Positions 62,397 through 64,000 of a DNA stretch of 64,000 bases are shown here, in pieces; position 1 is the first letter of the stretch; each line of letters starts with the position of its first letter. The DNA lies in IMG/VR virus record IMGVR_UViG_3300005573_001627. One strand, 5' to 3'. Made by a program: the position numbers and the translations under genes. Below the pieces are notes generated by a model. That model saw nothing but the letters and a program-made list of their open reading frames with translations, was not told the origin of the DNA and ran no database searches. Source of the DNA: a virus (Duplodnaviria > Heunggongvirae > Uroviricota > Caudoviricetes).

Positions 62397-63368
62397 CTAC
62401 TGCGGAATATTTTCTCTTAATGTAGGATTATAAATCCCCATATCCTTCCATCGCCCATTAACTTCTATAAAATAATGGTCTTCCAAATCTGCGTTTTGAG
62501 TATTTAACCCATATTCTCGAGCGATTCTCCCCGTTCCTTTTTCTACAGCCATTGTCTTACCACTTGAGTAAGGAATCCCTGCATATGCAGAAAGAGGTTC
62601 ATTTTTTGGGGTTATTTTTGTTTGGATGATTGAAGGCAATTTAGAAATTGATGTGCCAACTTTTGTTCCTACAGAAATAATCGGTTTTAATATTGGTTGT
62701 ATTTTAGATTTTGGTATTTCCCTTGGTAAAATTGCGCCTTTAGATGGCGTAGAAATAGGTAATATTGCCCCTTTAGACGAAGTATATTTAATAGGTATTG
62801 CTTCTTGTACAGGTTCAGTATTTCTAGCAATCGCTTCTTGTATTAATCTTTTTTGTTCAGCGGCTCTTTCAGCAGAAGAACCTGCTCCAGGTAAATCCTT
62901 TGTAAGTGGTTTAGAAATATTTGAAACAATGGGTTTTTTCATACTTGAAGAAATCGGAATTGGTACTACTTTTGTAATTCCTCCAGGTAATGCTCCGCCT
63001 ACTGCTTTATCTGCAGCAATATAGGCTTTTTTGGCTGTAGTAGTTATTGGTGCAGTTGCAACTTTTGCAGCAGTTGTGACTGCTTTAGTTACTGGGGCGG
63101 TTACTTTAGTCACCACACTTTTAATCGAAGAAACAATCCCATCTTTCTTTTTATTAAATGGTCTACAATCTAAAAAGTTTGGAACTCCATCACGGTCGGT
63201 ATCTCTAAAAGGATTCATTTTTGGATATTTAATCTTTGCTTGTGGCCAAGTCAAATTCTTTTTAGAGATTTTTTTAATTCGAGATTTAGAAGGAACTTTA
63301 TAAGTAAATAATTTTGATGGCTTTGGATTCCATATGGATTGAGATACGATTTTCTTTTTTCCCTTCAT
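62397..63368 (-). CDS. paralog of 60805..62358 (TSP3-like motif protein)
   Basis: NPFRDTDRDGVPNFLDCRPF; shared KKN(L/M)(T/N)W(P/F)QAK..P(K/K)(L/M)NPF N-region and VGGALPGG segment. Confidence 0.55.
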   Translation of the reverse strand: MKGKKKIVSQSIWNPKPSKLFTYKVPSKSRIKKISKKNLTWPQAKIKYPKMNPFRDTDRDGVPNFLDCRPFNKKKDGIVSSIKSVVTKVTAPVTKAVTTAAKVATAPITTTAKKAYIAADKAVGGALPGGITKVVPIPISSSMKKPIVSNISKPLTKDLPGAGSSAERAAEQKRLIQEAIARNTEPVQEAIPIKYTSSKGAILPISTPSKGAILPREIPKSKIQPILKPIISVGTKVGTSISKLPSIIQTKITPKNEPLSAYAGIPYSSGKTMAVEKGTGRIAREYGLNTQNADLEDHYFIEVNGRWKDMGIYNPTLRENIPQ

Positions 63369-63407
63369 AGGTTATTAATATCCTTCTTGTTTATAAACAT
63401 AGTCGGT

Positions 63408-63425
63408 TTAGGGCTATATTTATAA
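63408..63425 (+). promoter_or_regulatory. TATA-like box GGCTATATTTATAAAG
   Basis: ~30 nt upstream of pdaD ATG. Confidence 0.4.
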
Positions 63426-63454
63426 AGTTTTGTTAGTTCAATTTAACATAAAAT

Positions 63455-64000
63455 ATGATACCTAGTAAATTATTCTTAACAAAGGGTGTTGGTGTTCATA
63501 AAGACCGACTGGCAAGTTTTGAATTAGCATTGCGTGATGCAGGAATAGAAAAATGTAATATTGTATATGTTTCTTCCATCCTGCCACCAAACTGCAAAAT
63601 TATTTCAAAAGAAGAAGGACTTAAACTTCTTTCCCCAGGTCAAATAACTTTTGTAGTTATGGCTAGGATGGAATCTAATGAACCTAATCGATTAATGTCT
63701 GCTGCGATTGGGATTGCTATTCCAAAAGAAAATAGTGTTCATTATGGATATTTATCAGAACATCATGGATTTGGTGAAACTGCAAAGAAAGCCGGAGAAT
63801 ATGCAGAAGACCTCGCAGCAACTATGTTGGCCACAACTCTTGGAATCGAATTTAATCCTGACACGGCTTGGGAAGAGCGAGAACAAGTCTACAAAACATC
63901 TGGGCAAATATTTAAAACGACAAATATTGTACAATCTAGTGAATGTAATAAAGATGGTTTATGGACTACTACCCTTGCTTGCGCTGTTCTTTTAGAATAA
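63455..64000 (+). CDS. pdaD: pyruvoyl-dependent arginine decarboxylase
   Basis: 181 aa; VYVSSILPP self-cleavage Ser-Ser site; strong family-wide similarity pattern. Confidence 0.85.
   Translation: MIPSKLFLTKGVGVHKDRLASFELALRDAGIEKCNIVYVSSILPPNCKIISKEEGLKLLSPGQITFVVMARMESNEPNRLMSAAIGIAIPKENSVHYGYLSEHHGFGETAKKAGEYAEDLAATMLATTLGIEFNPDTAWEEREQVYKTSGQIFKTTNIVQSSECNKDGLWTTTLACAVLLE

Noticed and set aside
20-64000. rRNA genes, integrase/recombinase, large terminase, major capsid protein
   Set aside because: No sequence in any frame showed their hallmark motifs (e.g. tyrosine-recombinase RHRY box context, terminase Walker A plus nuclease, rRNA conserved helices). Their absence is noted rather than asserted.

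Overview
This 64-kb window is AT-rich (about 30% GC) and archaeal. The evidence for archaeal origin is four BRE/TATA promoters of the form CGAAAnnTTTAAATA, oligo-T terminators, two PEF-CTERM sorting-signal proteins, and a complete pyruvoyl-dependent arginine decarboxylase (pdaD) at the 3' end. From position 20 to about 60.2 kb nearly every gene is on the + strand. These are roughly 150 very small ORFs joined by ATGA/ATGNNTGA overlaps, and an unusually large share are CxxC zinc-ribbon or small membrane-anchored Cys-rich proteins. That architecture looks like a large archaeal virus, provirus or plasmid-like element, and I recognised no capsid, terminase or integrase. I could assign a likely function to only a minority of the ORFs. 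The most confident calls are: a PrimPol plus D5/SF3-helicase replication protein (38080-40263); a minimal, ASFV-like Pol X (27830-28291); a bacterial-type class II CCA-adding enzyme with an HD domain (6409-7440); an Rnl5-type ATP-dependent RNA ligase (56576-57628); a calcineurin-like phosphoesterase (47674-48162); a Fic/Doc protein (18938-19438); two HNH endonucleases; a beta-class SPPY DNA methyltransferase; two ParB-like proteins, one frameshifted; two SPFH/band-7 proteins; LemA; a YbjQ-like protein; a truncated UDP-glucose-dehydrogenase-like protein; and an 803-aa secreted surface or structural protein. Several noncoding signals look novel. The first is a family of about 20 G+T-rich, A/C-poor 55-140-nt elements carrying an AATCATATTC box upstream of many genes, including a gene-free ~0.8-kb tandem array at 46.4-47.2 kb. 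The second is a probably intron-containing tRNA-like gene at 9053-9168 preceded by a perfect 10-bp GAAA hairpin. The third is a 550-bp noncoding island (44.23-44.78 kb) with TATAAAGTCAC iterons and G/C hairpins. The fourth is an identical 17-nt leader in front of three membrane-stress genes. The fifth is a GC-rich structured ~145-nt element clamped by a 10-bp inverted repeat at 60.23-60.39 kb, exactly where the co-directional gene train ends and divergent host-like genes begin. Those are two minus-strand TSP3-motif paralogs and pdaD. The ligase, CCA-adding enzyme, phosphoesterase, tRNA-like gene and Fic together suggest an RNA-repair and counter-defence toolkit.
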